Source: SAR202 cluster bacterium (lineage in GTDB: Bacteria; Chloroflexota; Dehalococcoidia; Lucifugimonadales; UBA3495). From it: a stretch of 64,000 nt of DNA. A program made the translations under genes and the position numbers. Positions within the stretch are counted from its first letter, which is position 1. The number at the start of each line of letters is the position of its first letter. The notes beneath the pieces are model-generated. The model did no database searches. It saw only the letters and a program-made list of their open reading frames with translations, and was not told the origin of the DNA. Where the stretch lies: contig VGZV01000005.1 in assembly GCA_016872385.1 (NCBI GenBank), positions 6,578 through 70,577 on the forward strand, given 5' to 3'. Shown piece after piece: positions 1-9,747 of the stretch.

Positions 1-365
1 CAGAAGTGGCCCCAGAACCAGCCATCGCCCACTAAGTGAACGACGCTGGGGTTGAACTCTTTTACATAGCGCCGGATTTGCCAGGGGGAGAACCACACCA
101 GGGGCACCGTGGACAGAGCCGGGGACTGGCGCGGCCAGCCCCGCAGCCGGTAAATGGCGATGCCCTGGGCAGTGGTCTCCCGGTCGGGCCACTCCGGATG
201 GGGGATGATGTAGAAGGCGTACTCGGTGGTGAGGACGCCCACCGCCTCCACTTGGGACGACTGTAGCAACTGGGCAGAGAGCTGCTCGATAGCCCGCTCG
301 ATGCCGCCCAGGTAGGGCCGAAAGTAGGGCGTTAGAAAGAGAACGCGCAGGGGTGGGCCGCTCAC
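1..365 (-). CDS. Glycosyltransferase family 4 (GT-B), N-terminal part; runs off window edge
   Basis: Not in ORF track. Manual translation from GTG at 365 (overlapping purL TGA): MSGPPLRVLFLTPYFRPYLGGIERAIEQLS..., open to position 1; 'LFLTPYFxPxxGGIE' is a typical GT4 N-terminus. Confidence 0.75.
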   Translation of the reverse strand, partial: MSGPPLRVLFLTPYFRPYLGGIERAIEQLSAQLLQSSQVEAVGVLTTEYAFYIIPHPEWPDRETTAQGIAIYRLRGWPRQSPALSTVPLVWFSPWQIRRYVKEFNPSVVHLVGDGWFWGHF

Positions 366-2572
366 CCCAGCGCCCGCGCCAACCCGCCCTGCCAGGCATC
401 GGAGGCCTCAGCTAGGGGTAAGTCCACGTGGCGTCCCAGCCGGACACGCCCGCCGCCGGTGCGGCCCAGTTCCAATGCCGGCACACCCTGTTCAGCGGCC
501 AACTGGCTCAACTGAGGCAGGTCTTCGGGCTTTACTGAAACAATGATGCGGGACTGGCCTTCGCCAAAGAGGGCAGCGTCCCACCGGGCAGGCAGTTGCT
601 CAAAGTCCCCATTCCCCTGGAAACCCACGCCGCCCTGGATGCAGCTTTCCGCCAGGGACACCGCCAGCCCGCCGTCGGAGCAGTCATGGGCCGAGGCAAC
701 TAGCCTCTGCTGGATGGCCTGGCGGCACAGAGCCTGCACCCGCTGCTCCATGCCCAGGTCAATGGCAGGGCGTCCCGCCACCTTGCCGTGCACTACTTGC
801 AGATACTCGCTGCCTGCCAGGCCGGCGGCACGGACGGGCCAGTCCCCCAGCAGCACCACGGCCAGTCTCTCCTCAGCAAAGGCTGACAGGGTGTGGCGGC
901 TAGCATCCTCCAGCAGGCCCACGCCGCCTACGATGGGGGTAGGGAACACAGCCTGGCCGCGAGACTCGTTATACAGGCTGACGTTGCCGCTGACCACCGG
1001 CACGCCCAGGATGCGGCAGGCCCGCGCCATGCCCCGGATGCACCACTCCATCTGGTAGTAAACTTCGGGCCGCTCCGGGTTGCCAAAATTCAGGCCGTCG
1101 GTGAGGGCCAGGGGCTCCGCCCCAACGCAGGACAGGTTGCGGCAGACTTCCGCAATGACAATCTGCCCGCCCCGGTAGGGGTCCAGGTAGCAGTAGCGGC
1201 CGTTGCCGTCAATGCACAGGGCGATGGCCCGGTGAGTGCCCTTGATGCGCAGCACTGCGGCATCGCTGCCCGGCGGCGCCACCGTGTTGGTCTGCACCTG
1301 GTGGTCGTACTGGCGGTACACATTAGCCTTGCTGGCGATGTTGGGCGAAGCCAGCAGCCGCAGCAGCACTTCGCTAGGGCTGGCCTTGGGCAGGGGCACG
1401 TCGCGGAAACTAAGGCGTTGGCGCGCCCGCTGCTCCGCAGACATCTCCCCCTTCATGCGATACTTGGGGGCTTCTGACAGATGTTTGATGGGCAAGTGCG
1501 CCACCGGACGGGCACCGTCGTAAATCTGCGCCTGGGGTTCCTCAGTAATTTGCCCAATCTCCCGGCAGGGAATCTCCCACTTGTCGAACACCGCCCGGAC
1601 CCGTTCCGTCCGGTCCGGCGGCACCACCAGCAGCATCCGCTCCTGGGACTCGGACAGCATCACCTCGTAGGCGTTCATGCCCGGCTCCCGGCGGTGCACC
1701 AGGGACAGGTCCAGCAGCACGCCGCGCCCGCCCCGAGCTGCGGACTCGATGGTGGAGCTGGTCAGGCCCGCCGCGCCCAGGTCTTGAAGCGCCAGCACGT
1801 CGCCGGTGGCCAGGGCCTCCAGGCAGGCCTCGATGAGAATCTTTTCCATGAAAGGGTTGCCCACTTGCACCGTGGGCCGCCGCTCCTGCTCCTCTTCAAA
1901 GGTACGGGAGGCCAGGCCGGAAGCGCCGTGGATGCCGTCGCGGCCGGTCTCCGCCCCCGCCAGCAGCAGCACGCTGCCAGGCACGCGGGCGGCGGCGGTG
2001 GCGACGCGGTTGGCAGGCGCCAGGCCCACGCACATGGCATTGACCAGGGGGTTCTGGGCGTAGGATGGATCAAAGTAAATCTCCCCGGCCACGTCGGGCA
2101 CGCCGATGCAGTTGCCGTACCAGGAGATGCCCTCCACCACGCCGTGGAACAGGTGGCGGGTGTGGGGGTCGTCCAGGGGGCCGAACCGCAGGGAGTTGAG
2201 CAGGGCAATGGGCCGCGCCCCCATAGCCAAAATGTCCCGCACGATGCCGCCCACGCCGGTGGCCGCGCCCTGCCGTGGCTCCACCGCCGAGGGGTGGTTG
2301 TGAGATTCCACCTTGAACACCAGGGCCAGACCATCGCCGATGTCCACTGCGCCAGCGTTCTCCGCGCCGGGCCGGGACAGCACCCGGGACGACTTGCCGG
2401 GTAACAGGCGCAGCAGGGGGCGGGAGTGCTTGTAGCCGCAATGCTCGCTCCACAGAGCGCCGAACATTCCCAGCTCCACCGGGTTGGGCTCCCGGTCCAG
2501 CCGGTCCACAATCATTTCATATTCGGCCTGGCTGAGGGCAATCTCGTCCAGGACTTGTTTGGTTACGGGCAT
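362..2572 (-). CDS. purL: Phosphoribosylformylglycinamidine synthase subunit PurL (small type)
   Basis: 736 aa; motifs WSEHCGYK, KVESHNHPS, GAATGVGGIVRD, QDLGAAGL, MLSESQERM, VSGNVSLYNE, AHDCSDGGL. Confidence 0.97.
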   Translation of the reverse strand: MPVTKQVLDEIALSQAEYEMIVDRLDREPNPVELGMFGALWSEHCGYKHSRPLLRLLPGKSSRVLSRPGAENAGAVDIGDGLALVFKVESHNHPSAVEPRQGAATGVGGIVRDILAMGARPIALLNSLRFGPLDDPHTRHLFHGVVEGISWYGNCIGVPDVAGEIYFDPSYAQNPLVNAMCVGLAPANRVATAAARVPGSVLLLAGAETGRDGIHGASGLASRTFEEEQERRPTVQVGNPFMEKILIEACLEALATGDVLALQDLGAAGLTSSTIESAARGGRGVLLDLSLVHRREPGMNAYEVMLSESQERMLLVVPPDRTERVRAVFDKWEIPCREIGQITEEPQAQIYDGARPVAHLPIKHLSEAPKYRMKGEMSAEQRARQRLSFRDVPLPKASPSEVLLRLLASPNIASKANVYRQYDHQVQTNTVAPPGSDAAVLRIKGTHRAIALCIDGNGRYCYLDPYRGGQIVIAEVCRNLSCVGAEPLALTDGLNFGNPERPEVYYQMEWCIRGMARACRILGVPVVSGNVSLYNESRGQAVFPTPIVGGVGLLEDASRHTLSAFAEERLAVVLLGDWPVRAAGLAGSEYLQVVHGKVAGRPAIDLGMEQRVQALCRQAIQQRLVASAHDCSDGGLAVSLAESCIQGGVGFQGNGDFEQLPARWDAALFGEGQSRIIVSVKPEDLPQLSQLAAEQGVPALELGRTGGGRVRLGRHVDLPLAEASDAWQGGLARALG

Positions 2573-2712
2573 ATCAAGGAGGCTCCATTGGTATGTAGGG
2601 GAGCGGCGAGCAGCGCCCTACGGCTTATACAACCCCTATAACTCCCTGGCCAAGAAACCACCACACTTACTTCCCACTTGGTAAAGGGTAAGGTGGGGAT
2701 GGGAGTATTGCG

Positions 2713-2721
2713 AGTGTAGCA
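2713..2721 (-). promoter_or_regulatory. Candidate extended -10 promoter (TGcTACACT) upstream of purL
   Basis: Minus strand reads gtgctacact about 140 nt upstream of the purL ATG; motif match only. Confidence 0.3.
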
Positions 2722-2820
2722 CAGCCGCTGGTGGTAAAGCCAATTCATGCAGGAGAGCTGTTTCCTGCACCTGGCGGAATCTCAAATAAGGAGTCCCTTG
2801 GCGCAACTTGGCGGGATTCC

Positions 2821-3105
2821 TTAGAGGATGTCTAAAAAGGCTAGGCGCTCGTGGTTCGACAGGCTCACCACGAGCGGTCCTTCAGCCGAAGGACGCTCAT
2901 CCTGAGCTTGTCGAAGGATGAGCGCTGGTAGTGCACAGCACTTTTTAGACACCCTCTTAGAGGGTGTGGCTGGAATTCCGCTCATCCCGAGCTTGTCGAA
3001 GGATGAGTAGCTTTTAGCCCGCTCATGGTTCGACAAGCCCCGACCAGGTCGGGATCCCGATACGTCGGGACTCACCACGAGCGGGAATTGTCACACAAGC
3101 TCGTA
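2821..3105. repeat. Two abutting MITE/REP-like composite elements with TCGACAAGCTC-type palindromic cores
   Basis: 17-bp inverted caps agaggatgtctaaaaag (2823-2839) / ctttttagacaccctct (2941-2957). 2978-3097 is the reverse complement of 25189-25308 with 3 mismatches in 120 bp. Confidence 0.8.
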
Positions 3106-3213
3106 CAGAGAGTTTGGAGTGGTTTTCTATCTTCTCAGCGGTCTCCGCGTGCTTGGCGGTGAGTTTTTAGGATAGGCGTTAAGGAGACAATCAGCCTGCG
3201 CCTTGTTGCCGCC

Positions 3214-4020
3214 TCACTCCCCGCGTTCCGCAAACACCGCCTTGGCCTCCCGCAGGGCATCCTCCACGTAGGGCCAGCCTCGGTACCAGCCCGCCTGTGA
3301 AAAGACCTCGCAAATCTCCCGGCAAGTGAAGCCCATGTCCAGGGCGTACCCAATATGCTGGCGCAGTTGGTCCATGTGGCCTCGGCACATCAGCGCCACC
3401 ATAATGCACACCATGCGCTCCTTGTGGGTCAGGTCGGCCCGCGCCCACACCTCGCCGTAGTTGTAGGCTTCCACCAGGTCAGCCACGTTGGGCAGCAGTT
3501 GCTGGGTTAGGGATTCTTCCAGTTCGGCGTTGGCCTGTTCACCCCAGTAATGGCGGCGCAGCTTCTTCCCCCGGGCCAGCTTTTCCTCCACCGAGGCCAG
3601 CCAGTCTGCCTTAAGGGGCAGCTTGTCCTCTTTCCGCCACATCTCCTGCTCGTTAATCACCTTCTGCGCCTGGGTCAGGGCAAAAACGGTGGCGGGGATG
3701 CCCGCGTAAAAGATTAATTGCAGGAAGATGCCCTTGATCTTCTGGGGCGTCATGCCCAGGGTCATGCCCACGCGTATCTGGTGGTGCAGGCCGAAGTCCC
3801 AGCCGTTGCAGCATTGGGCGGCAATGGTGGCGATACTGCGCAAGTTAATATCCAGCCCCGGCACCTGCCAGATGCCGCCCCACATGACCTCCTCTTGCAG
3901 CTTCACGTAGTCTGTGCTGATGCTGGGCAAGGCACCGGTGAGCCGCCCGGCGGGCACGTACTGGTCAATAAAAGCGTGCAGGTTCATAGCCTGACGGTGC
4001 AGCTGCTTGGCTTCGGTCAT
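3214..4020 (-). CDS. Double-domain carboxymuconolactone decarboxylase (CMD/AhpD)-like protein, paralog 1
   Basis: Start reassigned to ATG 4020 (MTEAKQ, AAGGAG RBS). Motifs WGGIWQVPGLDINLRSIATIAAQC and YGEVWARADLTHKERMVCIMVALM. Confidence 0.8.
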   Translation of the reverse strand: MTEAKQLHRQAMNLHAFIDQYVPAGRLTGALPSISTDYVKLQEEVMWGGIWQVPGLDINLRSIATIAAQCCNGWDFGLHHQIRVGMTLGMTPQKIKGIFLQLIFYAGIPATVFALTQAQKVINEQEMWRKEDKLPLKADWLASVEEKLARGKKLRRHYWGEQANAELEESLTQQLLPNVADLVEAYNYGEVWARADLTHKERMVCIMVALMCRGHMDQLRQHIGYALDMGFTCREICEVFSQAGWYRGWPYVEDALREAKAVFAERGE

Positions 4021-4059
4021 GGGTGATGCTCCTTTGGTGAAAATCCCCCTCACCTTGGG

Positions 4060-4080
4060 CCTCTCCCACAAGGGGAGAGG
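4060..4080. repeat. Uninterrupted REP-like hairpin CCTCTCCC-ACAA-GGGGAGAGG
   Basis: Read directly; same family at 47413-47433 and in interrupted form at 11.2, 14.0 and 54.9 kb. Confidence 0.75.
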
Positions 4081-4093
4081 AAGACTTCTTCTA

Positions 4094-4885
4094 CTACAAT
4101 CCCCGTTCTTGAAACACCTGCTGGGCTTGCCGCAGGGCATCCTCCACGCAAGGCCAGCCCCGGTACCAGCCCGCCTGGGAGAACACCTGGCAGATTTCTT
4201 CTTTGGTTAACCCCACGTCCAGAGCATACCCCACGTTCTGCCGGAGCTGGGACCAGTGGCTGCGGGCCATCAGCGCCGCCAAGATGCACACCATGCGCTC
4301 TTTAGGGGTCAGGTCCGGTCTGACCCAAACTCCGCCGAAGTGATAAGCATCCACCAGGTCGCAGACCTCCGGGGCCAACTGGCGGGCTGCGGAGACTGCG
4401 GCGTCCTGGTCTGCTTGCTGCCCCAAAAGCTGGATGCGCAGCTCCCGGCCCCGCTGCAACCGCTCCTCCAGGCCGGCCAGCCACTCCACGTCCACCAGCG
4501 TGTCCTGGGACTTCCACTCCTCCCGCTCGTTAATCACATCCTGGGCCACCCGCAGGCCGAAGGCCGTGGCGGGAACACCTGCGTAGAACAGCAGTTGGAT
4601 GAAGATGCCCTTCACTTGCTGGGGAGTCAGGCCCACAGTAAGGCCAGTCCGCACCTGGTGCTCCACGCCGAAGTCCCAGCCGTTGACGCACTGGGCCGAG
4701 ATGGTGGCGATGCACCTCAGCTTCATATCCAGCCCCGGCTCCAGCCACACGCCGCCCCACATCAGCTCGTGCTGCACGCGGACAAAGTCGGCCAGCACCG
4801 GCGTGGGCCGGGCGTAAGGCAGGTGCTGGTCAAAAAACTTCCGCAGCTTGGCGGACTTTTCTTGCAGGTCCTTTACAGTGGTCAT
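4094..4885 (-). CDS. Double-domain CMD/AhpD-like protein, paralog 2
   Basis: 263 aa; WGGVWLEPGLDMKLRCIATISAQCVNGWDFG and FGGVWVRPDLTPKERMVCILAALM. Confidence 0.8.
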   Translation of the reverse strand: MTTVKDLQEKSAKLRKFFDQHLPYARPTPVLADFVRVQHELMWGGVWLEPGLDMKLRCIATISAQCVNGWDFGVEHQVRTGLTVGLTPQQVKGIFIQLLFYAGVPATAFGLRVAQDVINEREEWKSQDTLVDVEWLAGLEERLQRGRELRIQLLGQQADQDAAVSAARQLAPEVCDLVDAYHFGGVWVRPDLTPKERMVCILAALMARSHWSQLRQNVGYALDVGLTKEEICQVFSQAGWYRGWPCVEDALRQAQQVFQERGL

Positions 4886-5116
4886 GGGTGTTGTCTCCTC
4901 AGAAACAATACTTCAAAAGCAGGGTTGATTTATTCTCAATACATTTCTATGAGCTATGCTGGCAGCGCCTCGGGTTTTCCTACAGTTCACGCCCCAAGTC
5001 AGGGCAATCTCTGCCCTTACCGATATGCCGAGTATCAATCAACCCTGGCTTTATTTAAAAGAATTGGAGATTGCGGGTAGTATGACGTCTCAAATATAAT
5101 ATCGCCCCAAGCTACT

Positions 5117-5617
5117 TTGGACTTATATATGACCAAAATCCAGGAAATCCGGACCATTGAAACCCTTAAGCGGCGGACTCCCACGCCATTGCCTGCGGCG
5201 GCGGCGCCAACGCCACCAACGATGTTAGTCCCAACCAAGCCTGTCCAAATCCTCCCCATTACCCCAAATATTCCAATCCTCCCAATTGAGAAAACACTGT
5301 CGCCGCCGCCGGTTCAACTGGCGCCTGCCGACGGAACCACATTCAGTAATTCCCCAAGGACCACTACTCTGAGTTGGCGTTCCCTGCGCGGCACATTCAA
5401 ATACACTGTCGAGATTGACTGCTTCAATTGCTGCCAGCTCGGTACATGGTGCACTGACCTTGGCAAGACTTGGAAGGTAGCTCCTAACTTGAGCGGGACT
5501 AACTACACCTTCGACTTCGCCGGCCCACAACCAGGGCGCTGGCGGGTTTGGGGTGTGGATGATACTGGTAAGGAACCCGCCAAGTCCGGGTGGTGGGAGT
5601 TCACCTACATCCGCTAG
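5117..5617 (+). CDS. Pro/Thr-rich linker plus C-terminal beta-sandwich (Fn3/Ig-like) domain; possibly the 3' part of a gene interrupted at 5078-5080
   Basis: PTP-rich segment then LSWRSLRGTFKYTVEI...GRWRVWGVD...KSGWWEF. No signal peptide; the same frame continues upstream past a single TAG. Confidence 0.5.
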   Translation: MDLYMTKIQEIRTIETLKRRTPTPLPAAAAPTPPTMLVPTKPVQILPITPNIPILPIEKTLSPPPVQLAPADGTTFSNSPRTTTLSWRSLRGTFKYTVEIDCFNCCQLGTWCTDLGKTWKVAPNLSGTNYTFDFAGPQPGRWRVWGVDDTGKEPAKSGWWEFTYIR

Positions 5618-5637
5618 TCTGCGCCGGGAATGTATCG

Positions 5638-6420
5638 TCAGCCGTCCCGCCCTGCAAATACCTGCCGCGCCTGCTCCAAGCCGTCCTCTACATGAGGCCA
5701 GCCCCGGTACCAGCCGGCCTGGGAAATGACCTGGCAGATTTCCTGCCGCTCCAGGCCCATGTTCAGCGCATAGCCAATGTACTGCCGGAGCTGAGACCAG
5801 TGGCCGCGGGCCATCAGCGCCGCCAGCACGCATACCATGCGCTCCTTGGGCGTCAGGTCCGAACGCCGCCACACCTCGCCGAAGTTGTAGCCGTCCACGA
5901 TGTCCGAGGCCTCTGGCGTCAACTGCTGGGCGATGGAGTTTTCTATTTCCTGGTTGGCTTGCTCGCCCCACAGGCTGGTGCGCAGTTCAGTGGCGGCGGC
6001 CAATTTCTCCTCCAGGGTGTCCAGCCAGCGTTCTTGTGAAGGCGTGTCGGCACGCTTCCATTCAGGGCGTTCGTTAATCACCTTCTGGGCCTGCAGCAGG
6101 CCAAACACCGTGGCGGGGATGCCCGCGTAAAACAGCAGCTGGATGAAGATGCCCTTGATTTTGTGGGGACTCATGCCCAGACCCAGGCCCATGCGGATGT
6201 GGTGTTGCAGGCCAAAGTCCCAGCCGTTGACGCACTGGGCCGATATAGTAGCCAGGCACCGCAAGTCCAGGGCCAGGCCGGGCGCCTGCCAGATGCCGCC
6301 CCAGGTCAGGGGCGCCTGGATGCGCTGGTAGTCCGCGGAAACATTCGGCATCCAGGGGTGTTCCGGCAGGCGAGGGCGCAAGGCCTGGGCTTTACGTTCC
6401 ATTTCATCGGCTTGTGGCAT
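5638..6420 (-). CDS. Double-domain CMD/AhpD-like protein, paralog 3
   Basis: 260 aa; WGGIWQAPGLALDLRCLATISAQCVNGWDFG and FGEVWRRSDLTPKERMVCVLAALM. Confidence 0.8.
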   Translation of the reverse strand: MPQADEMERKAQALRPRLPEHPWMPNVSADYQRIQAPLTWGGIWQAPGLALDLRCLATISAQCVNGWDFGLQHHIRMGLGLGMSPHKIKGIFIQLLFYAGIPATVFGLLQAQKVINERPEWKRADTPSQERWLDTLEEKLAAATELRTSLWGEQANQEIENSIAQQLTPEASDIVDGYNFGEVWRRSDLTPKERMVCVLAALMARGHWSQLRQYIGYALNMGLERQEICQVISQAGWYRGWPHVEDGLEQARQVFAGRDG

Positions 6421-6530
6421 GGCAATATCTCCGCTAGGGGTGGTTTAGTCTTGCTTTATGCGTAGGGGAGCGCCTGCATGTGCGCCCGCGCTGGACTGCA
6501 TGAACCGTGGGCAGACCCATGGGTCTGCCC

Positions 6531-8075
6531 CTACGTCTTTTCAGATTCCCAGTCCTCCTTAATCAGGTCGGCGGCGCGCTCCCCAATCATAATGGCGGTG
6601 GCGTTGGTGTTGGCGCGCACAATCTCCGGCATTACGGAAGCGTCCACCACCCGCAAGGACTCCAGGCCCCGGACCCTGCAGCGCTGATCCACCACCGCAG
6701 TGGGGTCGCTGGCTGGCCCCATTTTGCAGGTGCAGGAAGTGTGCCCCGCAATAGTCACGGTCTTTTGCAGCCAGGCGTCCAGGGTGGCGTCGCTGGCAAG
6801 GTCAGCGTCGGTGGGAGATATGCGCTGCCCAACCAGCCGGTGCAGTCCACGGTCTTGGAACAAGCGCACGCACAGTCGCACGGCCTCTCGCATACGCCGC
6901 CGGTCTTCCGGGTGGGTCAGGAACTGGTAGTCTAGCCGGGGCTGCTCCCTGGGATCGCAAGAGTTCAAGTTGAGCTGGCCCACGCTGAAGGGGAATTCCA
7001 GGCGGCAGCCCACCCGGATGTCATTGCCCTCCTGGCTGCCAGGATAGGAAGTAGTAGGCTGCACTTGAATGTCATTGCGGTGGGGCGACCCCGCAGGGCT
7101 GAAGCGCAGGCCCACCTGGTTCCGGGGGGCGTCCGGGTCTGCTGCATAGTCCGGTCCTGGCTGGAAACGGATGGATGCTGAGGGGTGATTTTTCATGTTC
7201 TGCCCCACGCCCGGCAAGTCCACCACTGGCCGGATGCCCAGCCGTTGCAATTGCTCCGCCGGACCTACACCGGACAGCATGAGCAGCTGCGGCGACATGA
7301 TGGCCCCGCAGCTCAGGATTATCTCCCTGCCTTCCACAATAAAGGTCTCGGCCCCGCTGTCCACCTCCAGTCCAGTGGCCCGCCTGCCCTCAAAAATAAT
7401 GCGGTAGGCCAGGACGTTGGGCTTGATGGTAAGGTTTATGCGGTGGCGGCAGTCCGCCAGGTAAGTAAGGGCGGTGCTCATGCGCACGCCGCCGGGGTTG
7501 TTCAAGGGCATGGCCCCCGCGCCGGTGCCTTCCGGGTTGTTCATGTCCGGGTCGTGGGGAAACCCGGCAGCCAAACAGGCGGCATGAAAGGCGGAATGGA
7601 GCGGGAGCCACTTTTCCTGGGGGTGGCGGCGCACCGGGATGGGACCGTCGGCGCCGTGAAAATCATCCTGGATGTCCGTGTCGGTCTCCAGCTTGCGAAA
7701 GTAAGGCAGCACCTTGAGATATGACCACTCGTCATTGCCCAGGGCGGCCCAGCCGTCAAAGTCCTCCGGCGCGCCCCGCAGAAAAATCTGGTGGTTGATG
7801 GCGCTGGTGCCGCCGGTCACTTTGCCGCGGGCCACTGGAATGGGCCGTGGCTGCTGGGGCGTGGCCTGGCCCACAAAAGACCAGTTGTGGGGCGCATTGG
7901 CTTGGGAGGCTGCCTGGTGGCAGTCGAACTTCAGCTCTTCCGGAAGGTGGCCAGGGTCCGGGTAATCTGGTCCAGCTTCCAGCAGCAGCACTGAGCGTGC
8001 CGGGTCTTCCGAGAGCCGGGCGGCCAGCGCGCATCCGGCGGAGCCAGCGCCCACTATGATGAAGTCGTACTTCAT
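6531..8075 (-). CDS. GMC family FAD oxidoreductase (choline dehydrogenase-like)
   Basis: YDFIIVGAGSAGC, LLLEAG, RGKVTGGTSAIN, HTSCTCKMG, LRVVDASVMP, NTNATAIMIGER. Confidence 0.93.
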   Translation of the reverse strand: MKYDFIIVGAGSAGCALAARLSEDPARSVLLLEAGPDYPDPGHLPEELKFDCHQAASQANAPHNWSFVGQATPQQPRPIPVARGKVTGGTSAINHQIFLRGAPEDFDGWAALGNDEWSYLKVLPYFRKLETDTDIQDDFHGADGPIPVRRHPQEKWLPLHSAFHAACLAAGFPHDPDMNNPEGTGAGAMPLNNPGGVRMSTALTYLADCRHRINLTIKPNVLAYRIIFEGRRATGLEVDSGAETFIVEGREIILSCGAIMSPQLLMLSGVGPAEQLQRLGIRPVVDLPGVGQNMKNHPSASIRFQPGPDYAADPDAPRNQVGLRFSPAGSPHRNDIQVQPTTSYPGSQEGNDIRVGCRLEFPFSVGQLNLNSCDPREQPRLDYQFLTHPEDRRRMREAVRLCVRLFQDRGLHRLVGQRISPTDADLASDATLDAWLQKTVTIAGHTSCTCKMGPASDPTAVVDQRCRVRGLESLRVVDASVMPEIVRANTNATAIMIGERAADLIKEDWESEKT

Positions 8076-8459
8076 GTCCCAACTCTATTAGCTGCAAATT
8101 TGCTGGTCAGCAGTATAACGCCGCAGGGCGGTGTAGAGGTAGTGGGACAGAATTATGTCCAGGGTCTTTCAGTTGTCAGCAGCAGTAGGGGCAGACCTGC
8201 GTGTCTGCCCACGGGTGACAACCCCTGCCCAGGGCGCGCCCCGACGAGCAGCACGAAAACTGAATGACCATGCAGTGTGCTCAAGGCTGATTCATGTTCA
8301 GCCCAGTTTTCTTCAAACTGGCTTAAGAATTCTGGCATAGACTTATTGCATGGTCGGGGAAATATGACCTGGAGGGGGAGGCGACGCATGAGTGCCATGA
8401 TAAATGTTTGACGCATCAGGGTTGCCAACCATAAATTTCAGGCGAGATAAAGGAGCGCC

Positions 8460-8927
8460 ATGCAGAAGTCGAAGAAAGTTTGGTTGTTAGTGCCCGTCGC
8501 CGTGGCGATTATTGCCATTGGCGGCGTTGGCGCAGTGGCCGTACGGGATGCGGCGGCTCAGGAAAGCACCACCAACGCCACGACCTCCGTTGGCGATTTT
8601 GCGTCCCGGGTTGCGGCCATTCTGGGTATAGAATCGGATAAGGTCCAGAGCGCCATGGACCAGGCCCGGAAGGACGTAAGGGACGAGGCAGTCCAAAAGA
8701 AGCTGGACGCAATGGTGCAGGCGGGGAAACTGACACAGGCCCAGGCAGACGAGTACCTGTCCTGGTACAAGGCGCGGCCTGCTGATATGCCCGGATTCAT
8801 GGGACCTGGGTTCGGCGGCCACGGAAAGGGCCGAGCCTTTGGGCATCACGGGATGGGCCCTGGCTCCGAGCATTGGCAAATGCCGGCGCCATCCCAGGCG
8901 CAGCCGCAGCAAGACTCCAGTTCATAG
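8460..8927 (+). CDS. Secreted/periplasmic helical protein with Gly/His-rich tail, likely accessory to the adjacent two-component system
   Basis: N-terminal signal/TM segment; LDAMVQAGKLTQAQAD motif; GPGFGGHGKG tail. Confidence 0.7.
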   Translation: MQKSKKVWLLVPVAVAIIAIGGVGAVAVRDAAAQESTTNATTSVGDFASRVAAILGIESDKVQSAMDQARKDVRDEAVQKKLDAMVQAGKLTQAQADEYLSWYKARPADMPGFMGPGFGGHGKGRAFGHHGMGPGSEHWQMPAPSQAQPQQDSSS

Positions 8928-9057
8928 TTATGCTGGGCTTGTCCGTGGTGTGAATTTTACCGGCACCTGCGGGACCACACTCCTCCGGCCCCGCGGGCGC
9001 TTTGATTTTCATTTGCTGGTTCCACCTAAACTGGTCAGTCAGTGCGGAGCAGTCCCC

Positions 9058-9747
9058 TTGCCCAGCGCAATTCTAATCGTAGAAGATGATCCTCACACCG
9101 TGGAATTGGTGGGGCTTTACCTGCGCCGGGACGGGCACAAGGTGCTGACCGCGGACAACGGCATCGCTGGGCTGCGTATGGCCAGGGAATCTAGTCCTGA
9201 CCTGATAGTTCTGGATCTTATGCTGCCCGGCCTGGATGGGCGGGAGATTTGCCGCTCTCTGCGAAAAGAATCGGATGTCCCCATCATAATGCTTACTGCC
9301 AGGGTTGATGAAGAAGACCGTCTGTCTGGACTGGACCTGGGCGCCGATGACTACATCACCAAGCCATTCAGCCCCCGGGAGCTGGCCGCCAGGGTGAGGG
9401 CTGTGCTCCGCCGCACGGCGCGGGACAATCTGGAGACGGGGCCGGGCGCTCTGACCTTCGGAGACGTGGAGCTGGACTTGAAACGCCGCACGGTTCAGGT
9501 GGGAACTAATCCAGTAATCCTTACTCCCACCGAATTCCGGCTATTGGCACTGCTTATGAAGGAGCCAGGCAAGGTCTTTAGCCGGGCGCAAATTGTGGAG
9601 CGGGTCTTCGGTTACGACTTTGAGGGGTTTGACCGCACCGTGGACGCCCATGTCTCCAACTTGCGCCGCAAGCTTGAAGCTGCTTCGGGGAAATCTCGAT
9701 ATATACATACGATATATGGCATTGGATATAAGTTCCAAGTTGCGTAG
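9058..9747 (+). CDS. OmpR/PhoB-family response regulator
   Basis: ILIVEDD, DLIVLDLMLPG, GADDYITKPFSPREL, RTVDAHVSNLRRKL; start inferred at TTG 9058 after GGAG. Confidence 0.93.
   Translation: MPSAILIVEDDPHTVELVGLYLRRDGHKVLTADNGIAGLRMARESSPDLIVLDLMLPGLDGREICRSLRKESDVPIIMLTARVDEEDRLSGLDLGADDYITKPFSPRELAARVRAVLRRTARDNLETGPGALTFGDVELDLKRRTVQVGTNPVILTPTEFRLLALLMKEPGKVFSRAQIVERVFGYDFEGFDRTVDAHVSNLRRKLEAASGKSRYIHTIYGIGYKFQVA

Noticed and set aside
2575-2820. Purine-related riboswitch (ZTP/purine) upstream of purL
   Set aside because: No consensus motifs found; the leader contains only generic hairpins and a repeat.
2821-3078. Small ORFs containing LSNHER / FDKL peptides (also 37194-37469, 37214-37453, 54822-55184, 20754-20990)
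   Set aside because: Translations of REP/MITE palindromes; the shared peptides come from the repeats.
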